A DNA stretch of 64,000 nucleotides. Source: an uncultured Chloroflexia bacterium (GTDB lineage Bacteria > Chloroflexota > Limnocylindria > Limnocylindrales > CSP1-4). The stretch covers positions 170,237 through 234,236 of the forward strand of contig CAVQJC010000002.1 in assembly GCA_963712745.1 (NCBI GenBank). The letters run 5' to 3'. The notes under the pieces were generated by a model. That model saw only the letters and a list, made by a program, of their open reading frames with translations, did not search any database and was not told the DNA's origin. The translations under genes were made by a program, and so were the position numbers. Shown one piece after another: positions 41,905 through 51,460 of this stretch (within the stretch, counting starts at the first letter, position 1; each line of letters begins with the position of its first letter).

Positions 41905-42222
41905 CTACCGGTAACTCTGCCGCTGTGCGCTGAAGCAGTCGCTGCAGTAGACGGGCTTGGAGCCGGTCGGCTGGAATGGCACCTTCGCCTCGCGGCCGCA
42001 ACTCGCGCATGTCGCCGCATACATCTGGCGGGACGCACCAGATGAGTAGCCGCCGCCACTGCCCTGGTCTCCCGAAGCGCCACGTGATGCCTTGCGGGCA
42101 GCACGGCAGGACGGGCAACGGCGGGGCTCGCTGAACTCGCGCTCGGCGTAGAACTCCTGTTCGCTGGCGGTGAACACGAACTCCGCATGGCAGTCGGCGC
42201 AGGTCAGTGCCTTGTCGGTCAT
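41905..42222 (-). CDS. Zinc-ribbon / CxxC-x17-CxxC domain protein
   Basis: DKALTCADC...FTASEQEFY...PRRCPSCR; MYAATCASCG...VPFQP...PVYCSDCF. Confidence 0.92.
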   Translation of the reverse strand: MTDKALTCADCHAEFVFTASEQEFYAEREFSEPRRCPSCRAARKASRGASGDQGSGGGYSSGASRQMYAATCASCGREAKVPFQPTGSKPVYCSDCFSAQRQSYR

Positions 42223-42333
42223 GGTGAACAAAGAGAGACTCCTTCTCGCGTGACCCCAGAGAAACTGTCTCGCCGTGGTCGATGAGAGGGAGTGACAGTG
42301 CTGCCGCGCGTGCTTGCCGGCGCAGTGGCGCCG

Positions 42334-42350
42334 GAGCCCTAAGCGTAACA
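42334..42350 (-). promoter_or_regulatory. Extended -10 motif shared with the csp gene
   Basis: Minus strand TGTTACGCTTAGGGCTC versus TGGTACGGTTAGGGCTC at 50361-50377. Confidence 0.6.
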
Positions 42351-42521
42351 GACCCAGGTCGGCCCTCCCACCATGTCGTCGTCGTACCGGCCAGGCGTGG
42401 CCTGATCGTCCGACCTTCCGGCCGGGGATCTCGCCCGCATGGCCCGATGCCCCGTCGGCGGGGTACCATCCTCCGCCACGTTGCGCCACGAGGAGTCCGT
42501 GCTGCCATCCCTCCGCGACTG

Positions 42522-43388
42522 ATGTTGCCGGCTTCGAGACCCCCCGAACGGGTCCGGCGAATCCTGCGCGGGCTGGTGGTCGTCCACCCGGTACCGAGCG
42601 CGATCAATGCCGCCCTCGTGGGCTCCCTGGCGCTCGTCGCTGGCGGGGAACTCGTCGTGGCCGCTCTTGTGGCCATCGCGATGCTCGGATTCCAGACGAG
42701 CATCGGGACCCTGAACGACGTCGTGGATGCGGGCCGGGACCGCCTGGCGGGGCGTGCGAAGCCGATCCCGGCCGGACTGGTCTCGGAGCGCGCGGCCATG
42801 GGCATCGCCATCATCGGGGGAACCACGGGGCTGATCATCTCCGGGGGCTTCGGCGCCGCGGTCCTGGCCCTGGGGGCTGCCGGGTACGTCACTGGCCTGG
42901 CCTACGACGTCTTCATGCGGCGTCTGGGCCTCGGCTGGCTCTGCTTTGCGGCCGCGCTCCCGCTCCTGCTGACGTGGACGTGGATGGCAGCGGCGGGCAC
43001 CCTACCACCAGGGTGGCCGCTCCTGTTGCCCCTCGCTGCACTAGCGGGCCCGACCATCCACCTCGCCAACAGCCTCGTCGATGTCGACGCGGACGAGATG
43101 GCCGGCACGGTCAGCCTCGCGACCCGGCTGGGCATCGGGCGCTCGCGATGGGTCCTGACGGCCCTCGAGGTCACCGTCTACGTGCTCGCCTGGGCCACGC
43201 TGTTCACGCTCACCGCACTGCCGCTTCCGTCGGTGGTCGTGGCCCTGCTCGCGACGCTGGCGGGGGCACTGGGCCTGGCGTTTTCGTGGCAGGCCGAGTC
43301 CTGGGCTCGCGAGGCTGGCTGGCTACTCCAGGCTGGCGCGCTGGCCGCGCTGGCTGTGGCCTGGGTCGCCTCGATGGCGGTACTCTGA
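42522..43388 (+). CDS. UbiA prenyltransferase family protein
   Basis: LNDVVDAGRDRLAGRAKPIPAG, AYD, NSLVDVDADEMAG; multiple TMs. Confidence 0.85.
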   Translation: MLPASRPPERVRRILRGLVVVHPVPSAINAALVGSLALVAGGELVVAALVAIAMLGFQTSIGTLNDVVDAGRDRLAGRAKPIPAGLVSERAAMGIAIIGGTTGLIISGGFGAAVLALGAAGYVTGLAYDVFMRRLGLGWLCFAAALPLLLTWTWMAAAGTLPPGWPLLLPLAALAGPTIHLANSLVDVDADEMAGTVSLATRLGIGRSRWVLTALEVTVYVLAWATLFTLTALPLPSVVVALLATLAGALGLAFSWQAESWAREAGWLLQAGALAALAVAWVASMAVL

Positions 43389-43443
43389 GGTCGTACCGAA
43401 GCAGGCTCCGCGTCGTCCTCTGATCGCTGTCAGCGACTGGTGG

Positions 43444-43707
43444 CTACCAGCCGATGCGCCGCCGGAGCCTCGAGCGCAGGCCTTCGCTCGCCGGGAGTGC
43501 TTCCGTACCTGCGGCACCGGCGAACCTGCGACTGCGCGGATCGTCCCCGCGAAGCTGGTAGGTCACGGTCAGCGTGTTGTGATCCCACACCTCCGAGGTC
43601 GGCAGGTAGCCGCTGCGCTCGGCCTCCGCGGCGCCCGCCGCGTACTGACGGGATACCTCTGTCTCGCTGATGGCGGAGTAGACCATGACCATGGTCGTCT
43701 TCGACAT
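43444..43707 (-). CDS. Hypothetical protein
   Basis: AAGGAGG RBS; coding-like N-terminal half. Confidence 0.5.
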   Translation of the reverse strand: MSKTTMVMVYSAISETEVSRQYAAGAAEAERSGYLPTSEVWDHNTLTVTYQLRGDDPRSRRFAGAAGTEALPASEGLRSRLRRRIGW

Positions 43708-43950
43708 GAAGGGCCCCTCCTTCCTCAAGTCGAGTTCAGGTTGGCACTATCCCAGGGCCTTGAGTCGGGGCGGGGCCGCCTTGCGGTGCTTCGCGGCACC
43801 GGCTTGCTGAGGTTTCGCCGCGCGCGGTTGGAGCAGGATGTGCCGGCGCTGGCCTCCCGCTCCTTAGGATCGAGAGAGCCGCGTGGCTACTGCTGAGGGC
43901 AACGGGCGCTGTTTACTGGCATGCGCGGTCCGAGCCCGGCGTGCAGCCAC

Positions 43951-44355
43951 CTACCGCGCCTGCGAGACGTCCGTGTTCGGTGTCCACGGGCCGTCGAGCA
44001 GCACCGCTTCATCGTCGCCGGTCCAGGGTGGAAGCGCGATGCAGGTGAAGGTCAGGGGCTCGTTTCCTCGACAGCGATACTGGAATGCCGTACCGAGGGG
44101 GATGTCGATACACACACCGGGCCGAAGCTCGGTGACCGTTTCCGCCCCGCCAGGCGCCCTGCGCCAGATGTCGCCCAAGCCCGACAGCACATACCAGTAC
44201 TCATCGATGGTGCGGAAGTGGCAGGCACGGCCGATCATGCCCGGCGGCACGGTCGCATGGATCATGTTGCCGTGCGGCCCGTCCACCAGGAAGCGGACAT
44301 AGGCGCCCAGCGGCGAGCGGCCCTCGTCTGCGGTGTCCAGGTGCACTGTCTTCAT
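43951..44355 (-). CDS. Cupin domain protein
   Basis: EYWYVLSGLGDIW, LRPGVCIDIPLGTAFQYR, PPW. Confidence 0.8.
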   Translation of the reverse strand: MKTVHLDTADEGRSPLGAYVRFLVDGPHGNMIHATVPPGMIGRACHFRTIDEYWYVLSGLGDIWRRAPGGAETVTELRPGVCIDIPLGTAFQYRCRGNEPLTFTCIALPPWTGDDEAVLLDGPWTPNTDVSQAR

Positions 44356-44612
44356 CGCCGTCCCCGATGGTGCCAGCCTAAGGGCTCCTGCCCGGTCGCA
44401 TCAAGGGGCGGCGGCCAGGGTCGCGGACCGAGGCGTCGTCGTCTTCGAGGCGCGCCGTGACCCGCCACGTGGATCGGGCGCAGTCGTCGACGAGCACGGC
44501 TCCCTCGACCAGCGCAGCAGGTCATGGAGGACCGCCTGAGCGACCCCGAGCAGCGGTGTGAGTTGCCGGGCAGCGAGCGACAGCGGTGGAGGGACGCCGA
44601 CCGTGGTCGCAG

Positions 44613-45278
44613 TCAGCTCGACAGGGACGCCAGGGTCTCGAGCGCCACCAGGCCCGATCGGTCGTGCACCGCGGTCTGGTGCTCGAGGCGGACACGGCAC
44701 GAGAGCTCGGCGTCGAACACGACGAGGGCGACGCGGAGCACCTCCCCCTCAGCCTCGGCGTTCGCACGCGCATCGTCGAGCTGGTTGAGCACGTCCGCGT
44801 TGATGCCACGAGCTCCCCATTTGCAGTCATAGGCCTCGGCCGCGCCCGAGCGCTCGACGGTCACGTCGTAGGGGTGGATCTCCGCGCGCACCCCATCGAA
44901 CAGGATGCGCCGCTCTCGACGGACACCCTGGGTGCCGACCCGGCGACCGAGCAGCTCCACGGTCAGCGATTCGACGAGCGCGCCGCGCAGCTGGTTGCGT
45001 GTCTGGTCGCCCCGGTCGGCGATGGCCAGCGAGACGGCCAGGATGGCCTCCGATCGTTCCCGGGCGGACAGTTCGACGGCCGGCCCGAACAGCGTCGGGA
45101 ACATGGTCCTCCAGCCATCAGGATCGAGCGTCTCGCCGTTCATCACCGCTCTGGCCAGCACCCGCTGGGCGGGCGTGGCATCGGCGAGGAGGCCGGCCGC
45201 CTGCGCCACCACCGGTTCCGCCTGGATGGCCGCGTAGGTGATGGCGCGGGCATCTTGCGCAGCATCCTGGAACCTCAT
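44613..45278 (-). CDS. PD-(D/E)XK nuclease-like hypothetical protein
   Basis: RGALVESL helix, HPYDVTV, AYDCKWG, NQL; ATGA-coupled to the upstream ORF. Confidence 0.55.
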   Translation of the reverse strand: MRFQDAAQDARAITYAAIQAEPVVAQAAGLLADATPAQRVLARAVMNGETLDPDGWRTMFPTLFGPAVELSARERSEAILAVSLAIADRGDQTRNQLRGALVESLTVELLGRRVGTQGVRRERRILFDGVRAEIHPYDVTVERSGAAEAYDCKWGARGINADVLNQLDDARANAEAEGEVLRVALVVFDAELSCRVRLEHQTAVHDRSGLVALETLASLSS

Positions 45279-45580
45279 GACCGCTCACCCAGGGTGAGGA
45301 GCACGATCTGGGGGAACGTCGAGAGCCAGTCGATAGCGCGGTGCGGGTCGCTGATACGGCCGATCTCATCGACAGCACGGCTGATGGCCGCCTCTTCAAG
45401 GGCGGTCACGGACTCCGTGCCCCGCTCGTCGATGAGCTCCTCGATCCGCTCTCGCCATGCGGCCACGAGGTCGGTCACGTACATCCACTCGTCCTCGATG
45501 TCCTCCGCAAGGCTCGCCAGGCCCTCATAGGCTGCGAGCGCATCGCGCGCCTGGTCACCGAGAGTCGTCACTGCATCCAT
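45275..45580 (-). CDS. Small acidic helical hypothetical protein
   Basis: 101 aa, D/E-rich (EDIEDEWMYV, DPHRAIDWLSTFP); TAGTCT 7 nt upstream. Confidence 0.7.
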   Translation of the reverse strand: MDAVTTLGDQARDALAAYEGLASLAEDIEDEWMYVTDLVAAWRERIEELIDERGTESVTALEEAAISRAVDEIGRISDPHRAIDWLSTFPQIVLLTLGERS

Positions 45581-45817
45581 ACCAGCAAGACTACGCGAGC
45601 TTGGCAGCCATCACGGAACCGACACGGACCGAACGATGTCGCAACGGACCGAAGGGTACGCACATGCTGGCGAGGCGGGAACTGGTCTACGGCGCGGCCC
45701 TTGCCACTCCAGGCCCACCCGAGGACGACTGGCTCTCCATCGCCGAGGTTGTCGGACTCCCGCCCACCGAGGAGCAGCTCGCTGTCGACCGCACCATATC
45801 CGGTGATGGTGTGAGAT

Positions 45818-46648
45818 CTAGTCGGTCCTGTCGCTCGAGTTCGACTCGACCGCGTTCATGGTGGCGGGCAGCACCAAGACCTCGACGGGTTCGGTCCGGC
45901 CCCGGACCGCCACGGTGCGGCGCTCGAAGTCGGCCTCACTGATCCCCGCCGCCGCCGCACCGCGGACCGAGACGAGCAGCTCGCCGGCCGCGGCCTCACT
46001 CGCGAGTCGTGCCGTGGTGTTGACCACGTCGCCGAGCGCGGTGAAGTCGCTCACGAGGTCATCGGTCGCGGTCGAACCGACGAACGCCTCGCCGGTGTGC
46101 ACGGCGGCGCCGATGGGGATCGGGCCCGACGGGGTGGCTTCGGTGCGGCCGGCTCGCGCGAGGAGCCGCTGTCCCGCGGCCACCGCAGCCGCGGTGTGGC
46201 GCTCACCGCTGACCCCACCGAAGAAGAGCCCGATGACCTCGTCGCCCACGAACTTGTCGACGATGCCGCCGGTAGCGACCACGGCGTCGGAGGCGAGACG
46301 ATAGAAGCGATCGAGAAAGGCTCGGAACTCGGTCGCCGAGAGGCGCTCGCCGATGCCGGTGGAGCCCCGGATGTCCGCGAACAGCAGGCTCACCGGGATC
46401 TCCGCGCCCTGCACGCCCTGCTTCTGGAGGCCCTTGATACAGAAGTTGCACATCAGGGGATTGCCCGCGTAGCGGGCGAAGCCCAGGTGCCGAAGGACGG
46501 CACCGCCGGGTCCCGCGAACGGCGCGGCGCAAATCTTGCAGTTGGGCCCACGGGGGACGTGCGAGAAGACGCGACGCATCACGGCGGTTCCCCGGTCCTG
46601 GCCGGTGAGGAACGCCTGCATCTCCTCCTCGGGCGTCAGCTTGACCAC
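45818..46648 (-). CDS. Class III adenylate cyclase with N-terminal CxxC...CxxC module
   Basis: CKIC/CNFC; LFADIRGST, DKFVGDEV, DFTALGDVVNTTARL (Lys/Asp pair indicates adenine specificity). Confidence 0.88.
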   Translation of the reverse strand: MVKLTPEEEMQAFLTGQDRGTAVMRRVFSHVPRGPNCKICAAPFAGPGGAVLRHLGFARYAGNPLMCNFCIKGLQKQGVQGAEIPVSLLFADIRGSTGIGERLSATEFRAFLDRFYRLASDAVVATGGIVDKFVGDEVIGLFFGGVSGERHTAAAVAAGQRLLARAGRTEATPSGPIPIGAAVHTGEAFVGSTATDDLVSDFTALGDVVNTTARLASEAAAGELLVSVRGAAAAGISEADFERRTVAVRGRTEPVEVLVLPATMNAVESNSSDRTD

Positions 46649-46854
46649 GATCGCCGGACTCTAGCGACGCGAGGGCCGGCCGGCAATAGGTTGGCAACAG
46701 CTTTCCGAATGGAGGTCGGCAGCCAGCGTGAACCGTATGTCCATGGCCCTTGACACCCAACACGATGGTGAGTTCGTGTCGACCACGGGCGCCTGGCTCG
46801 ATATCGGAGACCCACTTGTGTCAGGCTCCAGTCTGGTCCCAACCTGGTGTCCCG

Positions 46855-47430
46855 ATGAGTCGCAGAACGCTCCTCGCTCTCGATGTCTCCGCCAAGCTGG
46901 CCCTCTTCGGGTTGCTCCTGCACGCGCTGGCGAACCCGGATCTGCCCCAATACGCGGACAAGGCCATGCAAGGTCGTGCCGTCATGTATCCGCTGGCGGT
47001 CCTTGCCATCCCCGTGGGCTGGTGGCTGCTCTCGCGCCAGCGTCCGTTCCCCGTCTTGTCCGACCTGCTCTTCACGCTGCCGTTCCTCATCGATACGGCG
47101 GGCAACGCGCTCGACTTGTACGACAGGATCGAGTGGTGGGACGACGTCAACCACTTCGGGAACTGGGTCCTGCTGTCAGCTGCCTTCGTAGCCCTTGGCT
47201 GGCCTCGCGACGCCGCCCGATCCACGCGTGTGGCGCTGGGCGTGGGCTTCGGGGCGGTCGCGGCCATCGTCTGGGAAGTGCTCGAGTACATCACCTTCAT
47301 CCCGAACTCGCCGGAGGCAGCGACCGCCTACCAGGACACTCTTGGCGACCTCGCCCTGGGTCTGCTGGGCAGCCTCGTCGGTGCCTCGGTGGCAGCCTGG
47401 TACCTCGAGCGCCAGCGACACGAAAGCTAG
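46855..47430 (+). CDS. Integral membrane protein (DUF2238/YjdF-like)
   Basis: LYDRIEWWDDVNHF, VWEVLEY, YQDTLGDL. Confidence 0.7.
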   Translation: MSRRTLLALDVSAKLALFGLLLHALANPDLPQYADKAMQGRAVMYPLAVLAIPVGWWLLSRQRPFPVLSDLLFTLPFLIDTAGNALDLYDRIEWWDDVNHFGNWVLLSAAFVALGWPRDAARSTRVALGVGFGAVAAIVWEVLEYITFIPNSPEAATAYQDTLGDLALGLLGSLVGASVAAWYLERQRHES

Positions 47431-47591
47431 CGGACCGCGCGCCTGCGCCAGAGGAACAGGCGATGGAGCACCGAGGCGCGCTCCGATACGGACCCGCCCA
47501 GGCGTCGATGGGTCAGGCGGGCACCCGAAGGTCGTGTGGGGCATGACGCGGAGCCGGACCGTCCCGCGGGACGTCCGCCGCGGGCCGAGAG

Positions 47592-47626
47592 GGACGCGAC
47601 CCCGACGCGCGGCCGGGGTCGCGTCC
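47592..47626. terminator. Hairpin between convergent genes
   Basis: GGACGCGACCCC...GGGGTCGCGTCC. Confidence 0.6.
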
Positions 47627-47647
47627 TGAGCGTGCGCTGGTCGGGCG

Positions 47648-48142
47648 CTAGGTCCTGACCGTGACCTTCTCGCAGCCGGTGACGAGGTCGCTGGGGTCGA
47701 CGAAGGCACGATCGCGGTCGCCATCGCCGCAGTCGACGAAGTCGGCCCCGCCACCCGCGGCCCGGATGACGTCGTCGGCATCCCCGCCGAAGAGGCGGTC
47801 CCGGCCGGCCCCGCCGGTCAGCACGTCGCGACCGTCGCCACCGCGGAGGACATCGTTGCCCAGGCCGCCGTAGAGCTCGTCGCCCCGCCCGCCGCCGCGG
47901 ACCACGTCGTTGCCGGGACCGCCGAGGATGAGGTCGCGGCCATCCTTGCCGTAGAGGGTGTCGTTGCCGCCCCGACCGCCGATGCGATCGTGGCCCGGGC
48001 CACCCTCGAGCTGGTTGGCCTTGTCGTCGCCCTTCAGCACCTCGTCCCAGGGAGGACCGAGCCCGGCGCCGCTCACGCCCGAGCCGACCAGCATGAGCGC
48101 GAGCAGCGCCACGCCCAGCGCCTTGAGGATCATCGGTCTCAT
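47648..48142 (-). CDS. Secreted calcium-binding RTX repeat protein (paralog of 38111-38806)
   Basis: Signal peptide, GGxGxD repeats, C-terminal DCGDGDRD...VTGCE; GAGGAGG RBS. Confidence 0.85.
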   Translation of the reverse strand: MRPMILKALGVALLALMLVGSGVSGAGLGPPWDEVLKGDDKANQLEGGPGHDRIGGRGGNDTLYGKDGRDLILGGPGNDVVRGGGRGDELYGGLGNDVLRGGDGRDVLTGGAGRDRLFGGDADDVIRAAGGGADFVDCGDGDRDRAFVDPSDLVTGCEKVTVRT

Positions 48143-48529
48143 CACGTACCTCCTCGTACCCCGGGATGCCTGCTGCGCGACAGCCGTGCGGCTCTCATCC
48201 CAACAATATGAGGTCCCTGAGCGCCAAAACGTTCCAAATCGGCCCCATGATCGGGGGCGACATCGCCGCCACGGCCTCGCCACGTGATGACGAGGGGCTG
48301 CCGAGGTACTCACGCACCCAGGTTGAGATCGGCACGTGACAACCGCGAGTCACGGCCTTGGGTGCCTTCGTGTGGACACGAGCGGGGCAACGGTTGCGCC
48401 GGGGCGCGGATCACAGCGGAGATGGCGGCGGGGCCATCCATGCGAACATGGCCGTCTGGCTAGTCCAGCCACTGCTCTGATCCGTACCCATCCAGGTCGG
48501 GGAGAAGAGAGCAGTTGCATCGCAAGGAG

Positions 48530-49423
48530 ATGAAGACGATGCTCGGCCAAGACCCATCGCCGCCCAACGCGATCGCTCGCCACGCACCCGCCTTGATGGT
48601 GGCTGCCGTCATCGCCGGCTCGTCCATCCTGGCCCTCGGCGCGGGCGCAGCCGCACTTTCCAGGCCGGCCCCTGTGGAACCGCTGGGCGTCCCCCTCCAG
48701 GCGCAGGCGGTCCCTGGCGATCCCATCCCGCTCTCGCCGCTCACCGACCTCACGTCACTCGAGGCCACGGTCCACATCAGCGCCGATGGCACCGTGGACG
48801 GCGAGCCGACCCAGGGCGACTTGACCGTCGAGCTATCCAGCAATGACCAGAACATGAGCCAGATCGACATCACCGGCAGCCTGCTGGGCGATGTGGTCGC
48901 CCAGGTCGGCGGCAAGGCGGTCAGCCTGTTCCGGCCGAAGAACGTCGGCATCTACACCGTGCCCGAGGGCACCTTCGCGGTAGTGACGGGACTGTTCGAC
49001 GTGTGCGTAAGACTCGAGGACTCGCAGGCGACCGAGGCCCTGGAACAGCTCAGCCCCCAGTTCCTCTTGTCCGCCCTCACCAGCAGCGACGTGGCGCGCG
49101 GCACGTTCGTGGGCGACCAGACCTTGGACGGCATGCCCGTCAAGCAGTACGTCATCGACGGCGATTCCTTCGTGGCTGCAGCGCAGGGAAGCAGCGACCC
49201 CAACGTGAGCCTCTTCGCGCAGTCGCTACTCACTGCCACGGACGCGGACCTGTACGTGGCGGCGGATGGCGGCTATCCGGTGGCCTACCGCGGCAGCTTC
49301 GGCGGCACCTTCGAGCCGCTCGAGTTCGACGGCGACCTTACCGTGGAGATCGACGTGACCGGCATCAACAGCGATACCTCGGTGATCCTGCCCAAAGCCT
49401 GCGACAAGCCGATCTCGCTGTAG
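48530..49423 (+). CDS. Exported hypothetical protein (possible LolA/LppX-like beta fold)
   Basis: Hydrophobic N-terminal helix; VGDQTLDGMPVKQY, LYVAADGGYPV, INSDTSVILP. Confidence 0.6.
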   Translation: MKTMLGQDPSPPNAIARHAPALMVAAVIAGSSILALGAGAAALSRPAPVEPLGVPLQAQAVPGDPIPLSPLTDLTSLEATVHISADGTVDGEPTQGDLTVELSSNDQNMSQIDITGSLLGDVVAQVGGKAVSLFRPKNVGIYTVPEGTFAVVTGLFDVCVRLEDSQATEALEQLSPQFLLSALTSSDVARGTFVGDQTLDGMPVKQYVIDGDSFVAAAQGSSDPNVSLFAQSLLTATDADLYVAADGGYPVAYRGSFGGTFEPLEFDGDLTVEIDVTGINSDTSVILPKACDKPISL

Positions 49424-49527
49424 ATACGACACACCGTACGGGGCCTGAGGGGTCCTGGCACTGATCATCCAGGGCCTGGTCCTGTTGAGCACGCTCCTCG
49501 GGACAGCTGGGTCCGTGCCTGACTTGC

Positions 49528-49935
49528 CTACTTGGCGCGGTACGTCCGGCTGCCGAAGAGGACGAGCACGCACGAGCCAGCCGAGTCCATCCTCGGGATG
49601 ACCCGCACCTCGAGCTTGTGCTTGGTGGCGACATCGCCGAGAGCCATCGCCAGAGCCGGGAGGCCCCCGATGCCGCGGGCGCTCACGTCACGGACATCGG
49701 CCTCCAGGGCCGAGTGATCGCCTGCAGCTCCGAGCCACACGTCGAGCGCTCCGCTCGGTCCGACGACACGCAGCAGCGAAGCCTTCGCCCTTTCCGTCGG
49801 CAGCGGGCTCGCCGGTCCGGCGCCGACCTCATCTCGGCTCACGTTGCGGCCGGGTCCGGGTGTCGTCCGGACGGGGGGACGCGGTCGCGGGCGTCGTCCG
49901 CGTCGCGAGCGCCATCGAGTGTCGTTCGTCGCCAT
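49528..49935 (-). CDS. Hypothetical protein
   Basis: Coding-like C-terminal half; start uncertain. Confidence 0.4.
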   Translation of the reverse strand: MATNDTRWRSRRGRRPRPRPPVRTTPGPGRNVSRDEVGAGPASPLPTERAKASLLRVVGPSGALDVWLGAAGDHSALEADVRDVSARGIGGLPALAMALGDVATKHKLEVRVIPRMDSAGSCVLVLFGSRTYRAK

Positions 49936-50061
49936 CGGTTCACCTGACGCATCGGGGCAGGTCACTGGTGCGGCGCAGGCCATGGGTCGTGGGGTCGCGC
50001 ATGGCATACCCGCCGTGTGGATCTGGGATGGCCCGTGTTTGCCCGGACCATCCCTGTGGGG

Positions 50062-50265
50062 TCAGGCTGCGCGCACCTGGTCGGCGCGCGGGCCTTTGGG
50101 GCTCGCCTCGATCTCGAACATGACGCGTTCGCCGCCGACGAGGCGGTCGAAGTCAAGCGAGGCATCGAGTGAGTTGCGGTGGAAGAAGTACTCCTTCGTA
50201 TCCTCCGCAGCGATGAAGCCGAAGCCGCGCTCGGCGACGACCTTCTTGATGGTACCGGTGGTCAT
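50062..50265 (-). CDS. csp: Cold-shock domain protein
   Basis: TGTIKKVVAERGFGFI...YFFHRNSL...VMFEIEASPKGPRADQV; AAGGAGG RBS. Confidence 0.95.
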   Translation of the reverse strand: MTTGTIKKVVAERGFGFIAAEDTKEYFFHRNSLDASLDFDRLVGGERVMFEIEASPKGPRADQVRAA

Positions 50266-50360
50266 GGGGACCTCCTTGGCGCTTCCCGAACAGGGAGAGC
50301 AGCGCACGGTCCGTTCGAGAAGGGGTCGACCACGCGGAGCATCGCCACGACGAGACGGGC

Positions 50361-50377
50361 GAGCCCTAACCGTACCA
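50361..50377 (-). promoter_or_regulatory. Extended -10 motif of csp
   Basis: TGGTACGGTTAGGGCTC; 15/17 identical to 42334-42350. Confidence 0.6.
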
Positions 50378-50441
50378 CGGCACGACAGCCTCCCAGTCTC
50401 CCAAGTGTCGATGAGTCAGGGAACACACGATGGGAGGCTGT

Positions 50442-51413
50442 TCACCCCAGAGCGGTCCCGAAGAACGCATCGAGTCGTTGTTGGTACTCCGCGGGGTGAA
50501 GCCACATCGCCTGGACGTGGTCCGCACCTCCCACGATCCACGTGTCGACATCGACGGCCGCCGCTCGTGCTGCCTCGATGAGCGCGTACGCGTGGGAGAC
50601 GAAGGTGGTGCGGTCCAGCTCCCCGTGCGCGATGTACAGGTGGCGCCCGCCCATGGCGGCAAGCTCGCCGAGGATCGTGTGCGACCCATAGTCGTCTCCG
50701 GACACGACACGTGCGACGAGCGTCGCGGCCGGCGCCAACAGGCGGGGTAGGCCGAGGGCGTCCAGCTCTTCGGCGAGGCGGGTCTCGACATCGGCGTAGC
50801 TGGTGTCGGCCCAGACGGCCGCGATACGGTCATCCTGACCTCCGGCGATGATGGCCGTCGCGGCACCCATCGACGTCCCGAGCGCGCCGATGCGGCCCGG
50901 CTCGACGCCCCGGGCGATGAGCCAGTCGACGGCCGCCATGACATCGTGGAATTCCTCGGTGCCGCCCGCATGGCGCCCGTCCTCGATGCTGGACTCCCCA
51001 TGGTCACGGAGGTCCAGCATCAGGACGCCGTAGCCGAGATGACTGAGCATCCCGGCCGGCAGCAGCACCTCCCGGTCGCGGACGCAGGAGCCGAGTCCGT
51101 GGATCACCACCACAGCAGCTGCATCTGCCCCATCGGGCGATGGCAGCCACCAGGCGTGAAGCTCGATCGGTGAAGCGCGACCGGGGAAGCGCACGTCGTG
51201 GTAGTCGGGCACGAAGAATGGCGTTGCGTCGAAGTCAGGGTCCGCCCACGACGGCGGTCGCCACGACGCCGGCGTGTTCTCGCTGAAGCGGCCGCCGCAG
51301 TGAGCCTCCACGTGGGACGCGCTTCCGTACACGAAGGCTGCCGCGCCGACGTAGCCCGCGACGACGACGATAGCCACGATGAGGATCGCCACAAGTAGCT
51401 TCGAGCGCGACAC
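50442..51413 (-). CDS. Membrane-anchored alpha/beta hydrolase
   Basis: VIHG, DLRDHGES, GTSMGA nucleophile elbow, HGELD, ADH. Confidence 0.88.
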   Translation of the reverse strand: MSRSKLLVAILIVAIVVVAGYVGAAAFVYGSASHVEAHCGGRFSENTPASWRPPSWADPDFDATPFFVPDYHDVRFPGRASPIELHAWWLPSPDGADAAAVVVIHGLGSCVRDREVLLPAGMLSHLGYGVLMLDLRDHGESSIEDGRHAGGTEEFHDVMAAVDWLIARGVEPGRIGALGTSMGAATAIIAGGQDDRIAAVWADTSYADVETRLAEELDALGLPRLLAPAATLVARVVSGDDYGSHTILGELAAMGGRHLYIAHGELDRTTFVSHAYALIEAARAAAVDVDTWIVGGADHVQAMWLHPAEYQQRLDAFFGTALG

Positions 51414-51460
51414 TCTGACTCGATCTCCCAGCCACCATTCTCCGCGCACCCGTAGGCGGG

